Source: Octopus sinensis
Taxonomy: Eukaryota
Reading direction: 5' to 3'
Assembly: GCF_006345805.1 (NCBI RefSeq)
Contig: NC_043004.1
Span: forward strand, 23,250,001 to 23,314,000
DNA length: 64,000 nucleotides
The position numbers and the translations under genes are program-made. The notes beneath the pieces are model-generated. The model had not been told where the DNA came from. It saw only the letters and a list, made by a program, of their open reading frames with translations, and ran no database searches. This document shows positions 1 to 13,315 of this stretch, one piece after another. Position 1 is the stretch's first letter, and each line of letters opens with the position of its first letter.

Positions 1-699
1 TCACTGGATAGTAATTAAAAAAAAGTCCTATAAGAAGATAAGAGAAGGAGGTCAAAGCATAAATTAGGATGAACTAAGTGATAGCAAGTGTAGCATAACG
101 AAGACGATGGGCACTTCAAAAAATTTTTTTCTTAAATACAAAAAATAACAGGAATCTCAAAAGATTACTTGAAAGATTTATTTATTTTTAGCCTGATAAA
201 ACACTTTAGTTTAGACGAGTAAATGGACATTCTAGCTTTTTAATCTTAGTTTTGTTTTTATTTTTGCTTCCATCAGACCAATGCTATCGCTTAAATAAGG
301 TTCCTTCTCTTCCCTCGCCAATGTAGGTAGCTTGAAAGTCATGTCTCCGTTATTGTTGTTGTTGCAATTATTGTGATGAGTTTTTGTTTCGTTATTTGTA
401 AGCACCGCCTACCAGCGAAATACAATTATTTGAATCATAGAGAGTAGTCTACTTCCTCGAGATGGTGTATTCTGTATTATCTAGCAGTTTTTTTATGGGA
501 CTTCACCCTATGAAGCAACCACAGGTAGCTGTTGTTAAACAATGTCTAAATACATTGCAATTATTACGAGTAACCTTACATGACGCTATATTAATATGAA
601 CCTTGCAACTTAAAGCTGATACAAGATGCAGAAACGTGCCTCATGACCTATCCTTAAAGTTTATTGACTTCCATCCTCGTGTTATATTAGCATTATCAT

Positions 700-975
<276 letters not shown>

Positions 976-992
976 ACCATCATCATCTTTAT

Positions 993-1206
993 TAAGGTGG
1001 CTAGCTAGCAGAATCCTTAACGCGCTGGGAAAAGTATTTAGTGGCAATTCGTTTGTCTTTACGTTCGGAGTTCAAATTCCACTGTGGTCGACTTTGCCTT
1101 CCATCTTTTCACAGACGATAAATTAAGTACCAGTGAAATATTGGGGTCGACGTAATCGACTAGTACCTCACCCCAAATTTTAGGCCTTGTGCCTAAAGTA
1201 AAAGGG
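993..1206 (+). mobile_element. SINE family A with (ATT)n tail
   Basis: Same core; starts right after the previous copy's tail; own tail at 1207-1300. Confidence 0.85.
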
Positions 1207-1258
<52 letters not shown>

Positions 1259-1315
1259 TATTATTATTATTATTATTGTTTTGTTATTATTATTATTATT
1301 TTATATTTGACTTTT

Positions 1316-1588
1316 GCGGAATTTGAACTCAGAACGTAGCGGCAGACGAAATACCTATTTCTTTACTACCCACAAGGGGCTAAACACAGAGAGGACAAAC
1401 AAGGACAGACAAATGGACTAAGTCGATTATATCGTCCCCAGTGCGTAACTGGTACTTAATTTATCGACACCGAAAGGATGAAAGGTAAAGTCGACCTCGG
1501 CGGAATTTGAACTCAGAACGTAACGGCAGACGAAATAAGGCTACGCATTTCACCAGGCGTGTTAACGATTCTGCCAGCTCGCCGCCTT
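1316..1588 (-). mobile_element. SINE family A, long-tail variant
   Basis: Reverse complement of the family core plus a GTCTGTCCTTGTTTGTCC...GTGGGTAGTAAAGAAATAGGTAT extension, shared with 49632-49864 and 62800-63034. Confidence 0.85.
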
Positions 1589-1699
1589 ACATAATTAAAA
1601 TATTAAAAAATTGACATGCTCATGTATTCAGTTCTATTTTTACCTATTCTACCAAACCTGCACATGTGTAACATATACACAGATAGATATATAGATAGA

Positions 1700-2015
1700 T
1701 AGGTACATACATACATACATACATACATACATACATACATACATACATACATACATACATACATACATGCATACATACTATACATACTACATACATACAT
1801 ACTAATACATACATACATACATACATACATACATACATACATACATACATACATACATACTACATAATACATACATACATACATACATACATGCATACAT
1901 ACATCATACATACATGCTACTCCATACTTACATACATACATACATACATACTACATACATACATACATACATACATACATACATACATACATACATACAT
2001 ACATACATACATGCA
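1700..2015. repeat. (TACA)n microsatellite
   Basis: Near-pure TACA run; source of the MYVC ORFs. Confidence 0.97.
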
Positions 2016-3479
2016 TACATTATATACGCTTCTAAAGAATAAAAAAACAACATAAGGTCCCTCACTATCCCAGGTAAGTAAAACAAAACAATGCTAACCT
2101 AACATAGTTCAGGTTCTTATTTTACTTTTGTGATCCTTTGTAGAATATGTATTTGGTGTTAGTTGCAAAGTGTTTATACGAGTAATGCTGTTTGGTACAT
2201 AATAATCGATCATCAAGATCAGAGTTCAGTTATAAGACAAATACAAAGCTGATATGAAGTATACCCGTTTTATTATAAAATTCAGTTTGACAAGGATCAA
2301 ACATCTTCCTGATAGCTTATTCAATCTCTGCACGAATGAAGCTACTTTGATCATAGGTCTGCTCGTTCTTAACAAACCTAGCTTCAAACAACAATTTGTC
2401 CCTATTATATTGGTCTTGACCTGGTGAAATATGAAGTGACAGTTTGGCTGGATTTGCACTTAATGTGTCCTTCCATTTATAAGACGCTAATTTATGATAC
2501 GCAAGGTATTTAGCTGTTATTACCAACAATGTCTACATAAGTGTCTACATGTCTTTTCTACACAAGGTCTCCGTCGTTGTATGCTAGTAGTTCAGTTTAC
2601 TGGAGATAAAATCTGGTTTCTACTGACCTCGCTGATTAATGAAGCTTACAACAACTTCTCTCTTCTCTCTTCTCTCTCTCTCTATATATATATATATCTA
2701 TCAATCTATACTTATCTCTCTGTGTATTTCTGGTTCATTCTCTCTATATTCAAGATTCCATCCTGTGTTTGAGCCAAGATATCTGTTACAAACGTCAATT
2801 CCAACAACTCTAGTTGATTAAAAACTACGATAAATCACCAAGTCACAAGCAAATGAAATAATAAATAACCTCAATAAAAAAAAAACTAAAGTAAAATTAG
2901 TTTAGTTTACAATATAATTCCAGTACATTGATCTGTATCTTCTTGAATGTCTTAGAGCCGCGAGCATGAGGCGTGGTTTTGGCGCCAGAACTATAAAACA
3001 TTAGAAAGATGTGAAAATATGATAGATGAGCAAAAAGCAGTTGAAGAAAAACAAAAAAAGAAATGTTTTGTTTCACGTAATGTCTTAAAGTTTCCAATTG
3101 AAAGGAAGAGTTGACGAATATTTTAGTCTTGAGAGAAATATTTTGTTAAAAAAGAATAATGGGAAATATTCGCTAGCACATTTCGATAGCCTTGGGGGAA
3201 AGAGCATGAATGGAAATCTGAAGTTAAACATGTGAGAACAGTTTCAATCAAATAATAATAATAGATGCCAGTATTTCATAATGAAATAGCTGTTAATCAA
3301 AATATAAGAGCATTGAAATGGTAAACAACCATCTCTTCAGAACTAAATGACCAACATTATCGAAATTTAAAGATTTAAAGATGGGCATGCGTGTGTCAGT
3401 GCTTGTGTATATATAGACACGCATACATATATATATATATATATTATATATAATATATATATATATATATCTATATATA

Positions 3480-3524
<45 letters not shown>

Positions 3525-5388
3525 ATATATAAAGCACATATATAAGTATTCACAAACCAACTAGTGTAGCTGAACACGATAGCCTAGAAATGACAGCAAA
3601 ACCTCCTTGAAATCTTTACTGTCTTCAAAAATCGAGTTTGTTAAATCGAAAATCATTATACTCTAATAAAACATATGGCGCCGCTTCATTTTGAAGACTC
3701 CCTTTTAAAGAATGGTTTGACTATTATTTCTATCAGGTCATGTGACTGTAGTGATCAGGGACATCTCTAAATGAGTTTTTTCTTCATCAGGTCTTTATAT
3801 TGATCTTTATTATAGTCGCTGAGATTATGAATCAAAATGCATTTGTGTTCTGGTTTTGCAGGCCGCCATGTCGAGAGTGGTGCTGTTGTTATTGTTATTG
3901 TTATTGTTGTTCTTATTTAGCTCGCAGATCAACTCTGATCGAGAAGATCCATCATTAAGGACATTTCGACTATAACCTTGCAGGCTTTTACTAGTACAAG
4001 ACACAGAAGACAATCCGTTTTTGTAGGAAGAAAGGAGTTTATTTAAAGGAGATTTGGCTGCTGTTTCTAGAAAATTGAATGACTCCGTAAAAAACCCTTC
4101 CCTCAGTTGGATCGAGAGCGGTGTGGTGGTAAATGGTATTGGGGTTCAGTTTTAGCATCTGCAAGAGAAACAAGTTCAAGTAGAAAGTCAATTGGGTTAA
4201 CGTTCTAGAATGAAAGGACTTATTGGAGCAGATTAGCGAGAGACTGGGAGTACAAACAATACGGGTGACGAGGAGGAAAATAGACTAGTGCTGTTGAGTA
4301 AATCTAGGAGAAAGCAAGCAGGAAACTAGCTAGATCAAAGATGCACAAGACTTTATAATATCAATGACATAATAGTCAAATTTAGGAAACTATATGACTA
4401 GTGCCAAAGGTTGAGCTGAAATCAATCACTCGATGTAGTCTAGACATCATTTCATCTGTTTTTCTGTTTTTATTTTCAAACATAGAAATTTATACATCTG
4501 AGAGCCATTAAGTCATGCCTTAACATTTATTCTTTCTCTCCGAACATTTATCCGGCTTCGGTGCAATGTGCACCTTCTTTAGCAAATATGCATTCAATGC
4601 GTTTGTCAAATCGAAACTTCATTGTGCTTGATATTAGGAAACTATCACTGTTAACCAAATATCGAATACATTACATTCCGCTACGAATGTGAGAAATCAG
4701 AATTTGAATTCAATATAGAATAGAATTATCAAAACCTACTCTGAAAATGCAATAATTTTTCAAAGTGGGCAAAAACGTTGGGACTTTTTTTTTTTTTTTT
4801 GCTTCTAAGAAGAATGAATGAGGATAAATTGCCCAACAACGCTTGATTCGTAAAATGTAAATAGAAAAGCGGACACAAAGATATTTATCTCAAGTATCGT
4901 ACTACGAATGTTGCTCTTTATTCCCCTTGGTCTGAAAAGCTGTTGGTTGATTTCCGGTTGATTAACACCTTTGATATAACATGATTCTGGTGCACAATAA
5001 GCCTGTATCAACTATTTCCTCTCTTTTAACTCAACAGTCACATGTGGTACCTACCATTCTTTGGTGCATAATGTCTTTTGACAATGGCACGAAATCACAA
5101 ATGTATACAGGAGAGATCAGCTGCTCGGATTGACGACCTTAGTGCTTGATTGATATTCATTATATCGATCCTGTTGTCTTTCTACCGCTCTATTCTGTAT
5201 TCTTTTTATCACACTTGAAAGCTATAATTTATTCCGCCATTCAGTGGAACATCAGTGATTTGTCACTTGAAGAAAAATATTTCAAATACTGAAACTGTTC
5301 AAATTCAAGAAAATAGCTAGTGTTTTCTAAATGTAATAAGTTTCTAATGTTAAAATCTAATATTCAAATACTTAGTTTTGTTACCGTA

Positions 5389-5650
5389 CGTGCTCTAACA
5401 AATAAGTATCCGGACTGTTGATATAGTAACGAAGTTAAAGCATGCAGAGTGAAGCCGCTTGGCTTGGCATAGATTAACTTTGAACTCTGCTGTACATGCG
5501 TACAAAGTTTTAACGTTCTAGCTCGCTTCTGTTGTTTTCAGCAGTGCTTGGAAGGAAGGTGTGTAGCGTGTGATCGTCTCACTGACGGGCGCCATGCCAT
5601 AGATCGCGTGCAACACAACAGAGTCTGGCTGATGAAGGTGTTACCGTATT
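5389..5650 (+). mobile_element. 5' non-coding end of a mariner-like element
   Basis: TA-CGTGCTCTAACAAATAAGTATCCGGACTG start resembles mariner left TIRs as recalled. No transposase follows. Confidence 0.45.
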
Positions 5651-6003
5651 GAAAGATTGACCGGATCAGAGCCCTAACTTAAATATCATCGAGCAAATGT
5701 GGACAGAACTAAAGAGAAGAGTTTGTCAGAAGAATTTAAGCAATCTTGAAGAGTTGTGAGAGCTCAGATACAAGAATGGCATATCATACCTGTGAAAATG
5801 GTGAAGGATTTGTACGCATTTTATCCAAGCGCATTGAAGCAATTTTTCAAGCTAAGGGAAGCCACACGAAATATTAGCAATTTACAATAACTTCTTGAAA
5901 GAAACATTATGCAATAAATTTTCATTATAGACATTTTTTTCTGTTTTAAAACACTGTATCTTGATTGGTTGATGTGAGATGACTTAAAAATTTTGCACGG
6001 CGG
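5651..6003 (+). mobile_element. Tc1 transposase C-terminal remnant plus right end
   Basis: Reads *PDQSPNLNIIEQMWTELKRRVCQKNLSNLEEL...EW..IPVKMVKDL...RIEAIFQAKGSHTKY* (Tc1 WP.QSPDLNPIE.LW...GG.TKY), followed by a TTTTGCACGG terminal-like motif. Confidence 0.8.
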
Positions 6004-7097
6004 CCATTTTCATAAACTTTCTATGGAGAATATAAGGTAGTGATTCAAGTAACACCAAGTTAACTCAAAATCGATACAAGTCATATCTTGAGCATGTACA
6101 AGACTTTAGATCTGTCCTCATGCTGTATTTCTGAAAGGGAGTGTGTATACGTTTGTGTGTGTGTTTGTGTGCGTGCGTGCGCGTGTTTTATATGCTTCTG
6201 TATGCAATCTGTTAATATATATTGTAAACAGCTTCTTTTTAGACATGTTATATTGAAAGCACAACTGTGTTCTGATCTAACCTCTTTTAATTAAAGTCTT
6301 TTCGCATGTACCTATCATACACTTATAATTTGTTTAGAACGATAAATTCCCAAATCCAGCTTTATCAATGTTTCTAGGTTATCTCAGCCTTGTTTTCAGG
6401 ATTTGAACTAGTTCTGATTTCTGTACTCTCATTTTTATTATAAACTATTCATTTTTGTATGGACTTTTCTGGCAGAATTTGAACGTAAGAGTGTTAGAGT
6501 TCTATGTCTGTGGATTGGTACTAGAGAGGTATGTTCTATGTTAGTTGTACTCTTCTTACTAACATTAATTTCATAATCAATCGTCTATTTCTGAGTGGAA
6601 TAATACAAAGTATGAAAGTATTATCAGCTAATATTTTCCTTTCTAGTTTTGTGTGTATAGTGTGTAGTGTAATACATAACAAATACTTGTTTTAAATACT
6701 TAGTGAACAAGGAAAAAGTGTTGGTCTTGTCTGGCTGATGTCTTGTCTGGTTGGAGTCGCAAAGTTTACAATTATCTTTTCTTTTCGTATAAACATGCTT
6801 TTGTGTGTTGTAAATGGATATCAGTTTATGATATGGTGTGACGCATTTTGTATTTCCTTTCATGAGATTTTTGATTATGCATTTATCTGTTCTACACCTA
6901 GCATATATTTCACTTTGTGTGTAATATGTGTATAGTTGGAATACTTTTAATGTATTTGTTGTATTGTATTTTTCAGTTTGGTCTACTAGTTTGAATATCC
7001 ATTGTAAATTAGTGTTTATCTTTTATCCTGTGTATTTCTTTATCTAATGTTCATGCATACACAAGCATACACACGCACACAAATATATGTATGTATG

Positions 7098-7138
<41 letters not shown>

Positions 7139-7299
7139 TAGGATTCATTTGAGCCTTGTTTTATTTAATTATATATTTTTTATATATGCTTTTGTATTTT
7201 TCTTGTGTCAAAAGAGCTATATGTAAACATCTTTCAAACTAAGCGTGCGATGATGTACATATGTAAGTAAATGCGTATGAATACACGTACGGGAATGTA

Positions 7300-7464
7300 T
7301 AGTTGTGTATACGTTTATGTGTGTGCATGCATGTGTATGTAGGCACGTGTATGTACGTATATATATGTACATATATATGTATATATATATATATATATGT
7401 AATATATATATGTATATATATAATATATGTATATATATATGTATATATATATGTAATATATATG

Positions 7465-7501
<37 letters not shown>

Positions 7502-7503
7502 GT

Positions 7504-7536
<33 letters not shown>

Positions 7537-7793
7537 AAATATATGTGTATATATATATATGTATATATATGTATATATATATATGTATATATGTGTATAT
7601 GTATATATATATATGTATATGTAAATATATATATATGTATATGTATATATATATAATATATGTATATATGTATATATATATATATATATGTATATGTATA
7701 TGTATATATAATATATATATGTATATGTATATATATAATATATGTATATGTATATATGTATATGTATATATGTATATGTATATATATGTATAC

Positions 7794-7830
<37 letters not shown>
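7300..7830. repeat. Long degenerate (TA)n/(TATG)n array
   Basis: About 530 bp of TA with G interruptions; source of the YI-repeat ORFs. Confidence 0.97.
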
Positions 7831-8728
7831 TGAATATATCCACATCAATCTGTACGTATTTACTTCTGTATACGTACCCGTTATATGTGTGTATATATTT
7901 GTGTGTGCATGTATGTATATAACTGTCTTTTCTTTTCTTCTGTAGTATCGAATTTGCTCTTCCCTCTTTCACACCAACTCTATATTCTGCTCTTGATTTC
8001 TTAGTAAAAATAAACCCTTCATCTAAATGATTTCTCTGTCTGAAAAATTCCTAATAGAAAATTCCTGACGTGTCTATCTAACATGTAAAACTTCGTAATT
8101 CCTAGTAGCAGATGAAACATTTCTACTGGCAAATAAATAATATCAGTACATATTCGAAATTCATGTTTTGTTATAGAATATCTCTTCAAAAAATACTTCC
8201 AGAATTTTCAACTTTAAAATGTACTTTTCATCTATACAACAACGACAACAACTTCATATTGGATTATAATAATGGAATAAGGAGATATGCTTCTCGAGGG
8301 AAGAGCTGGGATATTACTCTATCTACCTACATACATAATATTAATGAGAGAGAGAAAGAGAGAGAGAGCGTGTGTGTGTGCGTACGTGTGTGTGTATGTT
8401 TGATATGAGTGACAGGAGCGCTGTGTGTGCAAAAGAGCAAGCTGTATATCATACTTAGAGCATATACAACGTTAAACATATACATTATCGAGGGATAGAA
8501 AGATAGAGAGAGAGGGGGAGGGGAAAGTCAACCTCCGCAGAATTTGGATTCAGAACGTGGGGATGGACGAAACGCCGCTAAGCGTTTTTCCCCGGTGCGA
8601 TAATGATTCTGCCAGCTCGCATAAACGAAATGTGGAATGTTTTGGTGCGTGACTTTTGGCCCTGTATAATTATATATGCAAATAGATAAATAGTAGACAG
8701 ACAGACAGATAGATATATAGATAGATAA

Positions 8729-9057
8729 GTTTCTTTATTGGCCACACAGGGCTGCACACAGATGGGACAAGTTACAAGGTAGAGCTTTTCTTTTGGGGGA
8801 TGAAAAAAACAAAAAACAAAAGAAACAAAAAAAAGAAGGGGTGGCGTAGGTTTTCGATCAAGAGGGATCGTAAAAGGGAAGAAAAGAACAAAAAAAAATT
8901 AAATAAAATAAAAATAAAAAAATAAAAATAAAAAAAGGAAAAGGAAAAGGAACAAAAGAAAAGAGAAATGAAAAAAGAAGAAAAAAGGGGAAGAGGAAAA
9001 AAAACGATCAATAGGGATCGTGTATCACAGTGTTATGATATATGGTGTAAAGGGGAA
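8729..9057 (-). mobile_element. Short 5'-truncated copy (3' UTR only) of the same Tx1-like LINE
   Basis: TTTCTTTATTGGCCACACAGGGCTGCACACAGATGGGACAAGTTACAAGGTAGAGCTTTTCTTTTG and GATCAATAGGGATCG...TATCACAG...GTGTAAAGGG match 23546-23800. GATA repeats on both sides. Confidence 0.88.
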
Positions 9058-9562
9058 GATAGATAGGTAGGTAGGTAGGTAGGTACATACATACATACAT
9101 ACATACATACATACATACATACATACATACATACATACATACATAGTTGTGTTGTTGATTGATAGTGTAGTTCAACGATTTTTTATTTCTTTTTGTTTAT
9201 TTTTGTCTTGTTTTTCTTTGTTTGTTTTGTTTTTGGAGAAGAAATCGAAGCAAGAGCAAAAGGGAAAAATTCATTTCATTTTTCTCGAAACATTGTGTTA
9301 ACAGAATTATATTCCACATATTTTTTTTATAATTCTTTCTTTCTTCTATAAGTTGTATAAGCTTATTTTCACCTTAAAGAATGCTGATAACGAAAATAAA
9401 AATTCAGGTGCAGCTGAGTCAAAGACTCTTTGATCTGTCTTCCACTGTCTGCGGCTCTCTTTCACTTCCCTATTTATGTTAATTTTCAAAGAATTTGCGT
9501 TCGACATAGCGATTTACTTTCATACTACATTAGATGCAAATTTTAGTTGTAAATAATGGTAT

Positions 9563-9730
9563 CAAAATTTGGCCCAAGTCCAGCACATCGATTAAATCGT
9601 CCCCAGTGCTCGACTGGTACTTATTTTATCGATCCCGAAAGGATAAAAGCACAGTCGACTTAGGTGGAATTTGAACTCAGAATGTAACGATAGACGAAAC
9701 ACCGCTAAGATGAGAATTGTCAGCTGATTC
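9563..9730 (-). mobile_element. SINE family A
   Basis: GTACTTATTTTATCGATCCCGAAAGGATAAAAG..AGTCGAC...GGAATTTGAACTCAGAA. Confidence 0.8.
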
Positions 9731-9923
9731 TAGCAGGTCTACTGTCTTCAGATAATTTAAGTAGTTGATCTCGAAACTAAGCACTGGAAACTGAGCGAGG
9801 AGCGAACAGTGGAGAAGCCCTCGAGGTCGTCACTTGACCATGCTAGAAATTGCAGGGGAATCTCCATTAAATTTCATCTTAGTGTCTTCAAAAAGGAAGT
9901 ATACTTTTGTCCTAAATATATTA

Positions 9924-10395
<472 letters not shown>

Positions 10396-12315
10396 ATAAA
10401 AAGAAAAGGTCTAAATTAAGACAGAATGGTCACAGATAGAACTACTTTGATCATAAATCTACAACAAAAATAACAAACAGCTCCCTTTCCATTTGGTCAA
10501 TTGAAATACGTGCAATCTGCTTTTAATTAAATAGTAACACTATATTCACTCAGTTGATTCAGTTTTCGTCAAACAGTATATGGTGAAATAGATTCTTGTT
10601 TTACTTGTTGAAGTCGTTTCTGCAGTAACTATTTTTCTTGTTTGTTTTTTTACATTGTTACTGTTGCTACCAATGAGGGTGTTCTGGTTATTTTTGTTGT
10701 CCCTTTTGCTGCTGCAGTTGTTGTTGTTGCTTCTGCTGTTGTTTTATTTTTGTTGTTGTTGTTGTTTTGCCAATGGCCTGTCCAAATCAACAAAACAAAA
10801 AGCGTTACCAGAGGTTGCAACACAATCATTTTTAAGACATGGCCTATCCAAGTTTACAATATTCAACGTATCCGTCATTTTTTTAAGATAGTAATCTTTT
10901 TTCAAGTTAGTGACTTGATGGTTGCATCTAGCAGGGCGTGCAGAAGCAGATATTTCTGCACTTCCTTTTTTCAAAAAGAATCTGCAACTTTAAACACGTT
11001 TCTTTAGAAATTATGAAGTAAAATAACATCTCTACAATTTATATCTGCGTTTGTTATTGTTGTTCTATGCTAATCTTCGTTTACACTTTTGCTGCAATTT
11101 CACCTTCAAGTAGGAAATGGTTACTTGATGGGTCTGACCTGATATCATCTTAAAACAGACTTTACTGTGACCCTACCATCTCAACGATGACACTTGTCAT
11201 CAGCAATGAAAACAATTCGATTTGGTTGAGTTATTATCTTCGACATCTTTCATTTGTTTTGTTTGTATGTTTTCTTTTCTGTATTTTGTCGCTAACCTAC
11301 TTACCTCTAACTATCTCTACTCTCCGATTTTTATAATAAATACTCGAGCGACATCATCCATTACACGATCGTCTCATACCAATTATTATTTTCAACGTTA
11401 CAAGTAGCATCTTGAAAACAGTGTGCAATTAGAAGACTATTATTTTTTTACAAATATATAGCATAATAAGATACCTTTAGTTATAAATTACTGTCATCTG
11501 AAAAGGAAGTTGAAAGTTGAAGAAACTGAAATTTTGACAGTATAATTAAACCGAATGTTTGGAAAATAAGGTTAATTAATTTTGCAAGTGTTTTATATAA
11601 TGGGTATTGTTATTTATTTATTTTGTTTGTTTGTCAGTGACATTAATTTAGAAAGATACTCTATAAAAGCACTATAAAATACAAACGAAGACACTCAATA
11701 AAGATAAGATTAAGATCTTTTGTACAAGTACTGGCATTGTTTATTGCTAAATGTTTAAATATGAGAGAAAGGCGCGTAAAGGGAAATGGCTGAAATCGTT
11801 GAGTTATTCACAGATCATTTACATTGTTCAATTTAATACCTTTTATCTTGTGAGTTCAAATGATAAGGTAGACTTTACCTTACTTCCTTCTGGAAGTACC
11901 ATCCAAACAAAGGCTGGAGACAGTCCCTTCAGAGACATTAAGTGAAATCTTTAAACTTTAAAAGAAGGGGCCAAAACGCATGTCTGAAGTGTATGCAACA
12001 CACCTGCTTGTATGCTGGTTTCATAATATTTGAGGAGGAGGCACACGAGATTTACCGTCAACAATGTCATCCTTTAACTAGTAGCCACTTTATAATTGTC
12101 ACCTTTGTCTTTGATTGCTGAAACCATTGTTTAATAATGTTTACCTCACCTCTATTCAGTTATAATGTTAATTAGTTTGTTGACTACATTAGTTATGTTA
12201 TACTACTTTCCTATCAAAAAATATTGGAATATTATTTGAGTTAGCAAGTAAAACGTTTATATATGTTTTTGTTTTATCTTTTCTTACAACTATTTCTATT
12301 TTCTATTTCTTTCAG

Positions 12316-12420
12316 ATTAAGGATGCCATCAACGATCATATTGTACGTTTTGTTGGAGTTTGCTTAGATTTACCAAACCAATCGATTCTTACTGAATACT
12401 GTCCGAAGGGTAGTTTACAA
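12316..12420 (+). CDS. Internal coding exon of a receptor (membrane) guanylyl cyclase, kinase-homology domain (NPR-A/NPR-B-like)
   Basis: Polypyrimidine tract plus TTTCAG acceptor (AG 12314-12315) and GTGAGT donor (12421). The 105 nt read in phase 0 as [35 protein letters not shown], matching the receptor-GC motif H..RF.G.C.D.PN..ILTEYCP(K/R)GSLQ as recalled for NPR1/NPR2. Too short for the ORF track. Confidence 0.93.
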
Positions 12421-12852
12421 GTGAGTTACAATATTTCCCATTTTCGAGTCTCTAACTTTATTTCTACTTCATTTGTGTAAATCTCAATGTTTCTTTCAAT
12501 CCTTCTGCAAAATATTTCTTTATTCCCCTTCTTTTTGCCATTTTTATATCACTTCGACTAATGAGCGATACCCATAGATACAATCTGTATGATAACTAAC
12601 AAACAACAATCAAAAAGCCAATTAGTCTTATACAATAAGGTGAAGAAAGTATTGGCTCAGAGGATATTAGATAACTTAGAACTACATACCGCCTTAGCTA
12701 TTAATTTAATGAGATCTTAACAAATACGGGAGAAAATACTAGACATGTTTCAGCTAATCATAAACTTTTCCTTGCTTGCTAGCTGTTTGGAGTACATCAA
12801 TATAACGAATTCCCTCATCACTAGTATGGCATGTACGGCGAATAATCAATGG

Positions 12853-12886
12853 CTGAGAAGATTTAATAAAACCGAAACGCGTCAGG
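12853..12886 (+). ncRNA. Decayed PLE-type minimal hammerhead motif
   Basis: CTGA-GA-A-GATTT AATA AAACC-GAA-ACGCGT-C-AGG: palindromic ACGCGT stem III and a GUC triplet, but one core base is missing and stem II has one mismatch. Confidence 0.45.
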
Positions 12887-13106
12887 ACTTATCACCTGTA
12901 CTTGTCAAAATCAAATTAAACTAGCATAAGTCATATTTCCTTCTGGTCATCACATAAATGTTACTATTTGGATATTTAACCTCCCTGAATAAACTATGAC
13001 GACTATAACAGGATGAGAACAACCAGTCAGCGTATAGTTAACGATCAGAATTACTCTCCCACTGTATTCAATACTTAATTATTATTAATATTTTAGAGTT
13101 GTCTAG

Positions 13107-13315
13107 GGCGGCGAGCTAGAAAAATCGTTAGCAGGCCGAGCAAAATGCTTAGCGTCATTTAGTACATCATATTCTGAGTTCAAATTCCGCCGAAGTCGAA
13201 TTTGCCTTTCATCCTTTCGGAGTCGATAAAATAGGTACCAGACAAGCACTAGGATCGATGTAATCGCCTTACCAACCTCCCCCCAAAATTGCTGGCCTTG
13301 TGCCAAAATTTGAAA
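13107..13315 (+). mobile_element. SINE family A
   Basis: Full head GGCGGCGAGCT through the AAATTTGAA 3' end. Confidence 0.85.

Noticed and set aside
524-600. CAG-GTAGCTGTTGTTAAA (VAVVK...) as the upstream kinase-homology exon
   Set aside because: No polypyrimidine tract, poor similarity beyond VAV.K, and an in-frame stop with no suitable donor.
2226-2640. Possible GIY-YIG remnant on the minus strand (CVEKTCRHLCRH; RDKLLFEARFVK)
   Set aside because: Only loose motif resemblance with many stops; not enough to call without an HMM search.
7217-7972. 251-aa and overlapping YI/YT-rich ORFs (also 1603-1941, 50446-51184, 57830-58243)
   Set aside because: Stop-free (TA)n/(TACA)n/(CA)n repeats open in several frames on both strands; no protein motif.
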